Shown here piece after piece: positions 1 through 12,373 of a stretch of 43,558 nt of DNA. Each line of letters begins with the position of its first letter. Positions within the stretch are counted from its first letter, which is position 1. Source of the DNA: Nemertoderma westbladi (lineage: Eukaryota > Animalia > Xenacoelomorpha); assembly GCA_032718475.1 (NCBI GenBank), contig JAUCBJ010002298.1, forward strand, positions 1 through 43,558. Reading direction: 5' to 3'. The notes beneath the pieces are model-generated. The model saw only the letters and a program-made list of their open reading frames with translations, ran no database searches and was not told where the DNA came from. The position numbers were made by a program, and so were the translations under genes.

Positions 1-532
1 CGGTTTAGTATAAGATTAATTATATTTTCGTATTATTTCCTTTCTTCATTTTATGTGAATGTGAAAGATTGTCTTCCTTGATGTAAAAGATTATTCGTTC
101 TTCTATTTTTTGTTATCTCTGGTGGCAGTTAATCTCGAATTCCCACCTGTTGAATATTATTGAACCCTGGATGCAGTAATAGATATTATATTTTATTGGA
201 ACATAAATTATCCGATTTGTAATCAGTTTAGCTGCTTTGATTCTATTTAATTACTTAAACATTATAAGTTTGTAGTGAGTGAGTTGCAATACTAGATTAT
301 ACTATTATAGTGTAGTTCAATAATTCTACCTCAGTGTAGTTAACCAGGTTACAGTAACAGGTTGTCTTGTTCAATAATGATTCCCTAATTATCACATTGT
401 TACTAATTATTTTGCTCTTGTTTGTTCTGTGCCGCCTGTGATGATATCAATCTATTGTTGGTTTTTTAAGGGAAAGGCTGCCAATTTAATTGGTGAAATT
501 GTCTTCTTGCTGAAAACGACTGTTCTGAATAT

Positions 533-799
533 AGATAGGGGGGGGGGGGGGGGGGGGGGGAAACTGGACGCAATAAAAATTAATCCCTCTCCAGGGGAAA
601 TTCGACGCAAATAACAGCTGATTACTCTCAAAAATAAAACTGCAACCTGTTCTGTTGTGTTTAGTTTATTGTTTTGGTTAAAATATCGTGCCACTGTAAC
701 CTGCTCCTTTCCCTAAATTTAGAATTTAACATTGAGGCGGGATATTAATTCGCCAAGGCGGGTTTTGCGTGGAGTTCCCCCCCCCCCCCCCCCTGTCTC
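533..799. mobile_element. Non-autonomous TIR element (MULE-like MITE, family A), copy 1
   Basis: Ends AGATAG-polyG-AAACTGGACGCAA and TTGCGTGGAGTT-polyC-TGTCTC are inverted. Flanks tctgaatat / cctgaatag match at 7 of 9 nt. Homologous copies lie at 37399 and 40772 in a different flanking context. Core 664-717 is one 68-bp satellite monomer. Confidence 0.8.
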
Positions 800-1262
800 C
801 CTGAATAGTATCCCCAAAAATAAACATTTTATCTGTGTAAATATTTTAGAAATTTTGTCAATAAGATATAAGTTTTAACTAATACTTGATGTAACTCTAA
901 GTTACAGATAATATTGTATTTAAATAAATTCGCCACTTTCATAAAACATAAAGTTTGATATTTCGCCTCTAGTATATATTTTTATTAGATTTTGTAATTG
1001 TATCCTCATTAACTCAATTTATCCTACTATTATGTTGGTAGTTAAGAATGCAATTAATTATTGCTTATTAATTTTCATAAGTTTATTTACTTCGCTTTAT
1101 TGTGTTATTCATTTATTTCATCGCTATTCATCACAGTTTGTAAATTAACTACACGTGTTAAGATTTGATTGGTTTACTCATTAAATATTAAACTGACCTT
1201 ATTTTTCAGTTTTTTCGCAATACACTTTTGCGCACATTTGATTTGCTGCACATTTAGAGCCC

Positions 1263-3089
1263 ATCGCGGCACAAAACGGCCATACAACCAATGTTGGTGG
1301 TATCGCGGCACAAAACGGCCATACAACTCAATGTGGGTGGTATCGCGGCACAAAACGGCCATACAACCAATGTTGGTGGTATCGCGGCACAAAACGGCCA
1401 TACAACCAATGTTGGTGGTATCGCGGCACAAAACGGCCATACAACCAATGTTGGTGGTATCGCGGCACAAAACGGCCATACAACCAATGTTGGTGGTATC
1501 GCGGCACAAAACGGCCATACAACCAATGTTGGTGGTATCGCGGCACAAAACGGCCATACAACCAATGTTGGTGGTATCGCGGCACAAAACGGCCATACAA
1601 CCAATGTTGGTGGTATCGCGGCACAAAACGGCCATACAACCAATGTTGGTGGTATCGCGGCACAAAACGGCCATACAACCAATGTTGGTGGTATCGCGGC
1701 ACAAAACGGCCATACAACCAATGTTGGTGGTATCGCGGCACAAAACGGCCATACAACCAATGTTGGTGGTATCGCGGCACAAAACGGCCATACAACCAAT
1801 GTTGGTGGTATCGCGGCACAAAACGGCCATACAACCAATGTTGGTGGTATCGCGGCACAAAACGGCCATAAACTCAATGTGGGTTGTATCGCGGAACAAA
1901 ACGGCCATAAACTCAATGTTGGTGGTATCGCGGCACAAAACGGCCATACAACCAATGTTGGTGGTATCGCGGCACAAAACGGCCATAAACTCAATGTGGG
2001 TTGTATCGCGGCACAAAACGGCCATACAACCAATGTTGGTGGTATCGCGGCACAAAACGGCCATACAACCAATGTTGGTGGTATCGCGGCACAAAACGGC
2101 CATACAACCAATGTTGGTGGTATCGCGGCACAAAACGGCCATACAACCAATGTTGGTGGTATCGCGTCACAAAACGGCCATACAACCAATGTTGGTGGTA
2201 TCGCGGCACAAAACAGCCATACAACCAATGTTGGTGGTATCGCGGCACAAAACGGCCATAAACTCAATGTGGGTTGTATCGCGGAACAAAACGGCCTACA
2301 AGCAATGTTGGTTGTATCGCGGAACAAAACGGCCATAAACTCAATGTTGGTGGTATCGCGGCACAAAACGGCCATACAACCAATGTTGGTGGTATCGCGG
2401 CACAAAACGGCCATACAACCAATGTTGGTGGTATCGCGGCACAAAACGGCCATACAACCAATGTTGGTGGTATCGCGGCACAAAACGGCCATACAACCAA
2501 TGTTGGTGGTATCGCGGCACAAAACGGCCATAAACTCAATGTTGGTTGTATCGCGGCACAAAACGGCCATAAACTCAATGTTGGTGGTATCGCGGCACAA
2601 AACGGCCATACAACCAATGTTGGTGGTATCGCGGCACAAAACGGCCATAAACTCAATGTGGGTGGTATCGCGGCACAAAACGGCCATACAACCAATGTTG
2701 GTAGTATCGCGGCACAAAACGGCCATAAACTCAATGTGGGTGGTATCGCGGCACAAAACGGCCATACAACCAATGTTGGTGGTATCGCGGCACAAAACGG
2801 CCATACAACCAATGTTGGTGGTATCGCGGCACAAAACGGCCATACAACCAATGTTGGTGGTATCGCGGCACAAAACGGCCATACAACCAATGTTGGTGAT
2901 ATCGCGGCACAAAACGGCCATACAACCAATGTTGGTGGTATCGCGGCACAAAACGGCCATACAACCAATGTTGGTGGTATCGCGGCACAAAACGGCCATA
3001 AACTCAATGTGGGTTGTATCGCGGCACAAAACGGCCATACAACCAATGTTGGTGGTATCGCGGCACAAAACGGCCATAAACTCAATGTT
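1263..3089. repeat. 39-bp minisatellite, about 47 units
   Basis: Unit GCCATACAACCAATGTTGGTGGTATCGCGGCACAAAACG, with an interspersed variant (ATAAACTCAATGTGGGTTG). It gives 13-aa periodic ORFs in all six frames. No spacers. Confidence 0.98.
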
Positions 3090-4024
3090 ACATTAATTAT
3101 ATTTTTTCCGCGGTTTGCACTTATTTTCATATACAATACCTATCCGGCGTACATTAGAGGAACATTTTGATTCTTTAAACACCGATTTACTTAACATGAA
3201 CAATAGAAGTGACCTGGAAATAAATAGAATTAATATATAATGAGGCCATTTCTGGTTTTATTGTATTTCATTGGAAAACGGCAATGTCACTAATTCACTT
3301 TTTATCTCGGATAGATAAGAAACCAACATGTGAATAAGTTCGCGTTTAATTTCTGGAATATTTATTGTTTCTTTATATTAATAGTTATGTTTCTGTTGCC
3401 ATAAAAATATAAATAAATAGGAACAAAATAGGCCATTAATAATTTTGTTCATATTGATATGAATAACCAATGATATTAACTCAGGTAACTTAAACATTAA
3501 CTTATATTTATTCTTTCTATGTTCCTCTACTGAACGCCAAATCGTGCAAAACATCAGTGATATATTTTAGTGGCATTGATTTTAAAAGATTTTAAGTTAT
3601 ATTTTACCAAATTGTTTGTTTAAACGTAAACGCTGCAGATTGTTTTACAGTTTCCCGTCGTTTTCTGTAAGTACATTGTAATATTTTTACCTTTTTTGTT
3701 ACCCTGTGTGTATTAAATGTGTTTTCTATTTATATATTTTTAAGTGTATTAAAGTAATGTTCGCTATTAGCGAAGTAGAAAAAAATATTAATTATTTTAA
3801 TCACTACTTACTCTACGTAGAGTACAAGAAAACTGGATGAGTACCTGAGATACTATGATTTTGGCTCAGGTTTATTGTTTTGGTTAGAATTATCTGCAAC
3901 TTTATCTATAATATAGCACAGAATACAGTTTCATAATCAGCTGCACAATAACTGAATTAATTTGTAATAATAAGAGATTGTTGTGAACCCAAACTATTGC
4001 GGGTTGTTTTGGAGCGGTAAAGGA

Positions 4025-5533
4025 CTGAGTAGCGCCACATTGTGTGCAGTGGTAGGCTGAATAGCGTCACATTGTGTGCAGTGGTAGGCTGAATAGCGTC
4101 ACATTGTGTGCAGTGGTAGGCTGAGTAACGCCACATTGTGTGCAGTGGTAGGCTGAGTAACGCCACATTGTGTGCAGTGGTAGGCTGAATAGCGTCACAT
4201 TGTGTGCAGTGGTAGGCTGAGTATCGCCACATTGTGTGTAGTTGTGGTAGGCTGAGTAACGCCACATTGTGTGCAGTGGTAGGCTGAGTAACGCCACATT
4301 GTGTGCAGTGGTAGGCTGAGTAACGCCACATTGTGTGCAGTGGTAGGCTGAGTATCGCCACATTGTGTGCAGTGGTAGGCTGAGTAACGTCACATTGTGT
4401 GCAGTGGCAGGTTGAGTAGCGCCACATTGTGTGCAGTGGTAGGCTGAATAACGCCACATTGTGTGCAGTAGCAGGCTGAGTAGCGCCACATTGTGTGCAG
4501 TGGTAGGCTGAGTAACGCCACATTGTGTGCAGTGGCAGGCTGAGTAACGCCACCTTGTGTGCAGTGGTAGGCTGAGTAACGCCACATTGTGTGCAGTGGT
4601 AGGCTGAGTAACGCCACATTGTGTGCAGTGGTAGGCTGAATAGCGTCACATTGTGTGCAGTGGTAGGCTGAGTATCGCCACATTGTGTGTAGTTGTGGTA
4701 GGCTGAGTAACGCCACATTGTGTGCAGTGGTAGGCTGAGTAACGCCACATTGTGTGCAGTGGTAGGCTGAGTAACGCCACATTGTGTGCAGTGGTAGGCT
4801 GAGTATCGCCACATTGTGTGCAGTGGTGGGCTGAGTAACGTCACATTGTGTGCAGTGGCAGGCTGAGTAGCGCCACATTGTGTGCAGTGGTAGGCTGAAT
4901 AACGCCACATTGTGTGCAGTAGCAGGCTGAGTAGCGCCACATTGTGTGCAGTGGTAGGCTGAGTAACGCCACATTGTGTGCAGTGGCAGGCTGAGTAACG
5001 CCACCTTGTGTGCAGTGGTAGGCTGAGTAACGCCACATTGTGTGCAGTGGTAGGCTGAATAGCGTCACATTGTGTGCAGTGGCAGGCTGAGTAGCGCCAC
5101 ATTGTGTGCAGTGGTAGGCTGAGTAACGCCACATTGTGTGCAATGGTAGGCTGAGTAGCGCCACATTGTGTGCAGTGGTAGGCTGAATAGCGTCACATTG
5201 TGTGCAGTGGTAGGCTGAGTAACGCCACATTGTGTGCAGTGGTAGGCTGAGTAACGCCACATTGTGTGCAGTGGTAGGCTGAGTAACGCCACATTGTGTG
5301 CAGTGGTAGGCTGAGTAACGCCACATTGTGAGCAGTGGTAGGCTGAGTAACGCCACATTGTGTGCAGTGGTAGGCTGAGTAACGCCACATTGTGTGCAGT
5401 GGTAGGCTGAGTAACGCCACATTGTGTGCAGTGGTTGGCTGAGTAACGCCACATTGTGTGCAGTGGTAGGCTGAGTAACGCCACATTGTGTGCAGTGGTA
5501 GGCTGAGTAACGCCACATCGTGTGCAGTGGTAG
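4025..5533. repeat. 32-bp minisatellite, left part, about 47 units
   Basis: Unit CTGAGTAACGCCACATTGTGTGCAGTGGTAGG. Confidence 0.98.
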
Positions 5534-6392
5534 TACTCGAATCGACACTTGCCAACATTGAAAAATCTATACAGAAAGATGATCAATACAATAAAGAAGT
5601 AGAGGATAACAAAATTCATAATGAAACTGACCAGCATGGATATGGCAAATCTCGCAATGTCGATATTTCTGAAAGATTTGTTGTAATAGACAGCCTAAGC
5701 GATGGTGATATTATAAACAATCATGCCTATCAGGTTGAAGGTGAATATGGAACTGTGGATGATTCATTGAAAACAGGAATCTGGGAAAAACGATTTAGAA
5801 AGCGTAAAAGCAGGATGGATCATACTGATGCACTCTCATACCCAAATCCAGATAACCACTCAACATGTAAATCACATTTATTGAGAAATAGATTTGATGT
5901 ATTGTCATCAACGGTCCGTGACCAATTAGATTCTGAACACACCCCTCTTATAGATAGAAGAGATGAAGGAAAACAGATAAACTCAAAGAGACAGTCACAT
6001 ATAACAAGTTGTACACGGGACCCGCTTATAAAGGTATACCCAAACCTGAAGTTGCACCTAAATCGAGTAGAGATTTGCACGAGCAAGTGGGCAGGTTACC
6101 AGATTACAAGACAAATACACTTGACCATCCAGGGGGTCCTAATCCACGAGACATCAAACGGCTGCCAGATGACCATTATGGGACGAATTATAAAAGCTCA
6201 AATGTGTTTGGACACCAAAGAATGCTGAAAGGTGCAGATACGAAAGCCACATCAACTATGTATATAACCGGAATAAAGAGAGATAACTATGAGATTGACC
6301 TGTCTGATTACCTATACGATAGAGAAACCGAACTTATGAGCGTAAGCAAAAACAGGGTGTCAAACACGAACAAACTAACAAAGGGGAAATAA
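5534..6392 (+). pseudogene. Probable frameshifted ORF1 remnant of the LINE
   Basis: Overlapping ORFs 5488-6228 and 6009-6392 lie directly upstream of the APE. An 'LRNRFDVL' segment resembles LINE ORF1 motifs. No domain firmly recognised. Confidence 0.5.
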
Positions 6393-6451
6393 GAGTTGGT
6401 ACATACAACTGTTTTGGATTTAACAGTAGTGAACACTATATAGATGAGCTA

Positions 6452-7438
6452 TTGCAGGAAATCGACGTTCTTGGGATACAAAAGCATTGGCTCAATGAAA
6501 TGGAATGTAAGACACTCCTCACTAAACATAATGAGAAATTCTATTATGAATATTCGGTAAGTCCCTTGATGGACAATCTGGGCAACTCAAGAAGAATAGG
6601 TGGCACTGCAATATTCATTAGAAGGAGCATATGTTCAGAGGTGTGTGCTATAGCTGTTGAAGGTTCATTCTGTGGAGCAACTGTAACCATGGCCGGAAGT
6701 GCTGAAGATTATCTCTTTATTTCCGGATATGCCCCAGATGTCAGCAAAAAGAAGGTTGAATATCAAACTTTTCTTGGCAACATAGCATCTGTGATGGAGG
6801 AAAACAGCAATTACACCCCGATTTTACTAATAGATGCGAATGCAGACCTCGGGCCACTACAGGGTAATCGGTACTGCAGATCAACTCCAACAGCTCGGGG
6901 CATCGACCTCAACAATTTTCTTTTAGCAAACGGTATGACAGCTTTGGATACATTGACACAATGTAAAGGTCCATATTTCACATTCAATCGTGTGGAGACT
7001 GGAGTGTCTTATATCGACCATATTATTGCTCCCATTGAATTGCAAAATAAACTGATCAAGGGCGAAATATATGAGATGGACGATGCTAATAACTTTGCAG
7101 ATCACACCCCAGTAACAGTACTTTTATGTATCAATTCCCAACATGCCAGAGAAACAGAAAATAGCAATCACATCATTAAATCGGAGATAGAATTTGGAAA
7201 GTGTGAAAGAACTCGAGCCCCTAATTGGAAAGGTGCATCTAAGAAACATGTGGAGTCATACTCAGTTAAATTAAACGCCCAGCTAGCCGATCTGCAACAA
7301 ACACTCAGTCCAAATGAATTGGAGTGGACTGAAGAGGAATTAAACAGTTACAGCAATAGAGTGCAGAAGATTATATTACAATCTGCTCAAGAAGAAATAC
7401 CCACCCGACCTCTGCGAAACGGAAGGGAGTCGTACTAG
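6452..7438 (+). pseudogene. LINE ORF2 apurinic-like endonuclease domain
   Basis: Motifs DVLGIQKHWL (canonical QEHWL), GGTAIFI, SGYAP, LIDANAD (GDxN), YIDHII, FADHTPV (SDH). Premature stop at 7436-7438. Confidence 0.9.
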
Positions 7439-7610
7439 ATCTTCGAGACTGAGACACCATATTAGAAAAGTTTCAGAGCATCTGGATACAATTAAGAAAT
7501 TAAAACATAAGACTGATCACAACAAAGTAAAAACACAGAAAAATTCCGAGGCCCTAAAAGAAGCCAAAACGATTTTAATAAGACTTACAAATAGAAATAA
7601 TAAAGACTCG

Positions 7611-9476
7611 GTGAGAAAGGCGATTCTGAAAGCGGCTAGTTGCTACAGATACAGACCACAACATTTCTGGAAGCATTTTAACTGTAAAAGGAATGGGAAG
7701 AATCCTATACCCGCGGTAGCACGGGAAGAAATAATAAAGCGCTTCAGTAATAGTTCAAAAAACTCAAAGGGACAAACAAATATTCAGGAGAAACTTATTG
7801 GCTCGTGTAAAAAAGCTACAGCTCCAACAATATCCAAGAATGTAATAAAAATGGTGATTGGAAAGCTGGGAACGGGGAAGGCCCCGACATTATGTCTCTG
7901 ACAGCCGAGCATCTCATTTATTCGATGGGAAATGACGCCATCTGTACCGCACTTGCACAAATAATCAACTCTTGTTTCAACTTGGGAAAAGTACCTAACA
8001 GCTTTGAAGATACAATAATTACACATCTCTACAAAGGGAATAGTCGTGACCCAAAACTGGGAAAGTCATATCGCCCGATTTCAAATTTATCTATGTTTGC
8101 CAAAGTTTTCGAGGGAGTCATTCTTCACAATTTCCTAGGAACAGAATCGAAATACGTTAGTCAGTATCAACTTGGTTATAAAAAGAAAATTGGAGCTGAT
8201 TTGATTCTCTCAGCTATGATGGAGATAATAGAACGCCATAGGCAGGATTGCACACCCATTTACATTTGTCAATTGGATATTGTTTCTGCATTCGACATGG
8301 TGGATTATGAAATACTTTTTGAGAGGATTAGCTCTATTTTAAACCCACATATAACACTGGCCCTCTACAGTTATTACATGCATACAATGATATATTTGAA
8401 ATTTGATGACTCCATATCCAATATTGGTTTACCAATGTACATTGGAGTGAAGCAAGGTTCTTTGTTGTCACCGGCATTATTTAATATATATACAACAAAA
8501 ATATTCACTAGTCTTGAAAAATCAAAATTGGGGTGCAAAATTCTCAATTTATGGATTGGTTGTCTTAATTATGCTATTATCTTAATGTCAACGTGTCCCA
8601 TGGAATTAGAACAAATGGCCGATATAGTTGCAATGGAGACTAGGGAGATTAAATTGTCTCTAGAACCAGCAAAGACGCATTGGATCTGCTGCGGGGCCAC
8701 ACATAGCAGCAATATTCCAACATTTCTTGATATTTGTGGCACGCTTATACCGATGAATACAAATCTAACATTCCTGGGTGTCACTTTTAGCAGGAGAATT
8801 AAAGACGGGATACAGAGGTGTACACAGGCACTTACTGGAATTGCACGGATGTTTTGGAAGAATAACTGGACTATTGAGATGTTAGACATAGAAACACTTA
8901 GTATCTTATGGAAAGCGATTGCTCTTCCCGCTTATTTGTACCGATGTAAACATTTACTGGGATCACTCACCAATGTAGAGGCGGACAAACTCAACGCTTT
9001 TTAAAGAGGAAAGCTTAGATCGGTGCTTGGTCTTGGTAGTTATATAAACAACCCGGTGTTGCTGTCCTCGCTCAATGAGCAGGATTTGATAACAATGTGT
9101 GTAGCGAATCTTTCCACCATAATAAGAATGGCCGATTGTCCGAACTATCCAATACACTACACACACATTGGTATCTTGTTCGTTCCTCTCGAAGGTGGTC
9201 AATGGAGTTCGATATCCGGGACTCTGCAGTCCATATGAAAAAGCAACAAAACTTGGACCTCTCCCCGAATTAAAGAGTTTGGTCACATCACAATACAGCA
9301 AACGGCAGATATTGGAGAGGATTAGGCCTGGGGAGGTCAGCGTATCAGATATATACAAAGTAGAGTTTATTAAGAAAACTCTCTCACAAATGACGTTGTC
9401 CCGAAAACGCCGTATCGAAAAACTGAAAGAGTTCTTCAACGCATTACATGTTGCATCAATCTACGGGAATAGTTAA
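7611..9476 (+). pseudogene. LINE ORF2 reverse transcriptase, disrupted
   Basis: Motifs YRPISNLSMFAKVFE, QLGYKK, LDIVSAFDMV, GVKQGSLLSPALFNIY, FLGV. YADD appears as YA-II (DD missing). Frameshift near 7895 and stop at 9002-9004. Confidence 0.93.
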
Positions 9477-9999
9477 TACACGTATGTAGTCTGGTCTGGT
9501 CTTCCTTGTCGATTTCAGAGACCGACGAGCAGCTTGTTGATGAGTCATAACTGACTACCGTAAATATTTTTATTTGGAATTTTTGAATCCACATCCTATT
9601 ACATGTAGCGGGTTATATAGGCTATATTCGATGCAATCGTGGCCATTTTAATCTTAACTTAAATTTGTTAATGCACGAAACGAGTCAGCAGCATACCTTG
9701 TACTTCACTATTGTGGATCTACGTATCCTTTATTTTAATTAAATAATTAATGTATGAAATATATTTTAATCCATAATCTAGAACTATGTGTGAATGTGTT
9801 ATTTTTAGTAATTGACTTATATTACATAACTGAAATTTCGTGACCGGGTTGTGTTTATAAATATGTAATGTTTAAACATTTCAATTCCCTGTAATGCGGT
9901 TTACGAATTTTATTATTTTATTACGAATTTATTGTTGATCAAATAAATGCCAGATAGTCTGGCGCTGCGCGCATTGCGCGATAAACTAAAAAAAAAAAC

Positions 10000-10762
10000 T
10001 AGGCTGAGTAACGCCACATTGTGTGCAGTGGTAGGCTGAGTAACGCCACATTGTGTGCAGTGGTAGGCTGAGTAACGCCACATTGTGTGCAGTGGTAGGC
10101 TGAGTAACGCCACATTGTGTGCAGTGGTAGGCTGAGTAACGCCACATTGTGTGCAGTGGTAGGCTGAGTAGCGCCACATTGTGTGTAGTGGTAGGCTGAG
10201 TAACGCCACATTGTGTGCAGTGGTAGGCTGAGTAACGCCACATTGTGAGCAGTGGTAGGCTGAGTAGCGCCACATTGTGTGCAGTAGCAGGCTGAGTAGC
10301 GCCCACATTGTGTGTAGTTGTGGTAGGCTGAGTAGCGCCACATTGTGTGCAGTAGCAGGCTGAGTAGCGCCACATTGTGTGTAGTTGTGGTAGGCTGAGT
10401 AGCGCCACATTGTGTGCAGTGGTAGGCTGAGTAACGCCACATTGTGTGCAGTGGTAGGCTGAGTAACGCCACATTGTGTGCAGTGGTAGGCTGAGTAACG
10501 CCACATTGTGTGCAGTGGTAGGCTGAGTAACGCCACATTGTGTGCAGTGGTAGGCTGAGTAGCGCCATATTGTGTGCAGTGGCAGGCTGAGTAGCGCCAT
10601 ATTGTGTGCAGTGGTAGTAGCGCCACATTGTGTGCAGTGGCAGGCTGAGTAGCGCCACATTGTGTGCAGTGGCAGGCTGAGTAGCGCCACATTGTGTGCA
10701 GTAGCAGGCTGAGTAGCGCCACATTGTGTGTAGTTGTGGTAGGCTGAGTAGCGCCACATTAT
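10000..10762. repeat. 32-bp minisatellite, right part, about 24 units
   Basis: Same unit and orientation as 4025-5533. Confidence 0.98.
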
Positions 10763-11004
10763 GCAAGGGTGGGCAGTGAATATATGACACCCCCCCCCCC
10801 CCCCCCCCCCCCTCAAATGTTCACAGAAATGATCAACGGTGGAAACAATTCATAACTTTTTTACGAAAATGAGATTATTGATTGATTACGTAGCACATCC
10901 TGTCAGAGCCACAAAGCAACATAATGCGTGGTGGCTGAGATATTTCCAATTCCATAACGGCCTAAATCAGAGAATCCTATAGTATGAAACATTGAGTTGA
11001 AACA

Positions 11005-11213
11005 GGGTGTAAACGCTACGCCGACAGCCGACAACCAACGCCGACAACCATTGTTAAAGCTAATTAATGTTAATTATCAATTGAGGGAAAGGAACAGGAT
11101 ACAGTGGAAGGTTATTCTAACCAAAATAATAAACGAGTGACGAACTCAGGTTACATTTTCAGATTTGCTGTTGTCGGCTGTGATTGGCGGCTGTCGACGT
11201 AGCGTTTACACCC
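11005..11213. mobile_element. 209-bp MULE-like MITE (family B)
   Basis: TIRs GGGTGTAAACGCTACGCCGACAGCCG and CGGCTGTCGACGTAGCGTTTACACCC (1 mismatch in 26 nt). Perfect 9-bp TSD GTTGAAACA at 10996-11004 and 11214-11222. Internal 68-bp satellite monomer at ~11078-11140. Confidence 0.93.
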
Positions 11214-12373
11214 GTTGAAACAGTATACACCTGCTGCTAACTGCACACTTATAATTTTTACCATTTATTTTGAACCAGTACAATTAGTTATATTTGAATT
11301 TACCTTCACTTTCATATTGACACAAGTTGTGCTCATGACATATCATTGCGCTTTAAATAAGTTTATTGCGGAAGACCGCATTGATGTTTTGTAGCAAATG
11401 AAGTGGTGGACATATGGCATTGTCTCTAATGGCTGTAAGTATAAACTTTCAGCCTACGCTAATTTACCATAAATTACCATAAACGCCGTGGCTACTCCCC
11501 AAACCAAAGATACAAAGTTGGGAAGCCATTTTGAAAAGTCGCATCTCTCAAATGTTTACTTCATCATAATGGCCTAAATCTTAAAAAGTTATACAAACTT
11601 TATAAAATAATCAATAATTGAAATTTTTATTAAAAACTAACACATGGAAACCTTTTCAATTCATATATATATTACATAATTAACTCCAAGTGATTAACTT
11701 CTGCGCTAAAACAAAATTAGAGACTAAAAAGTAGTTTCCTGAAAAATGTGTTTTCTTATAATATGACAGGGTCGATATATTTATAAAACATACTTAGAAC
11801 TGAAATTAGATTTGAAATTGAAAAAAGTTGAGAAAAATTGTTGTTGAGCCCTCTGCCACCCCCCGCACCGCACCGCACCCCCTGGCGCAAAACACATTAT
11901 TGTCAGTTTTAATTAGGGTTAATGCCTGACCAACTAACCCGAACCAAAATAATAAACCAAATATACACATAATATAGATCCCTCCATAGCCTCAACAAAT
12001 TCACTATACAAACCCGTAAATTAATAAAAACTTTATTATTCTGTATTGCTACTATATTGCATTTGTAGGTACCGGAAACGTGACTGTACCAAATTATTAT
12101 AATTTGCAACACCTGCTAATAATAACCGCAGTATTATCTATATAGAACAGTTTACGTAAACCAAATGCTGACGGAATTAACTATATTATATTATAAAGTA
12201 TATTCACTCTGCAGAATAAAGTTAGTAAATAGTAATAATATATAATAATAAAGGAATAATTATTGTAGCCGGTTGACGCAGCCGGGGTATAAAATAGTAA
12301 ATAATAAAATAAACTTAGTTTACATAGACGTAGCGTAGACTAATAGCACCATCCCAAATAAATAGTTAATTAG

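Larger units (their letters stand above)
5534..9999 (+). mobile_element. Decayed, probably 5'-truncated non-LTR retrotransposon (APE+RT, RTE-X-like; clade uncertain) inserted in the 32-bp minisatellite
   Basis: Contains an ORF1-like remnant, APE and RT domains, AATAAA at 9942 and an A11 tail at 9988-9998. The minisatellite stops at ...GGTAG (5533) and resumes at TAGGCTG (10000). Confidence 0.93.

Noticed and set aside
1-430. Possible old LINE 3' remnant on the - strand (IQGSIIFN..LPPEI)
   Set aside because: Too short and degenerate to support without a search.
1263-5533. CRISPR array (palindromic 32-39 bp repeats)
   Set aside because: Units are contiguous with no unique spacers, there are no cas genes, and the context is eukaryotic.
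1169-5637. Long repetitive ORFs as proteins (also 9913-10816)
   Set aside because: They are by-products of stop-poor minisatellites; frames switch at indels and the 32-bp unit is not a multiple of 3.
10788-10813. Poly-C/G runs as functional G-quadruplexes (also 538-560, 21257-21282, 40777-40798)
   Set aside because: Mostly variable-length homopolymers in or near repeat ends; lengths differ between paralogous copies and may be sequencing-dependent.
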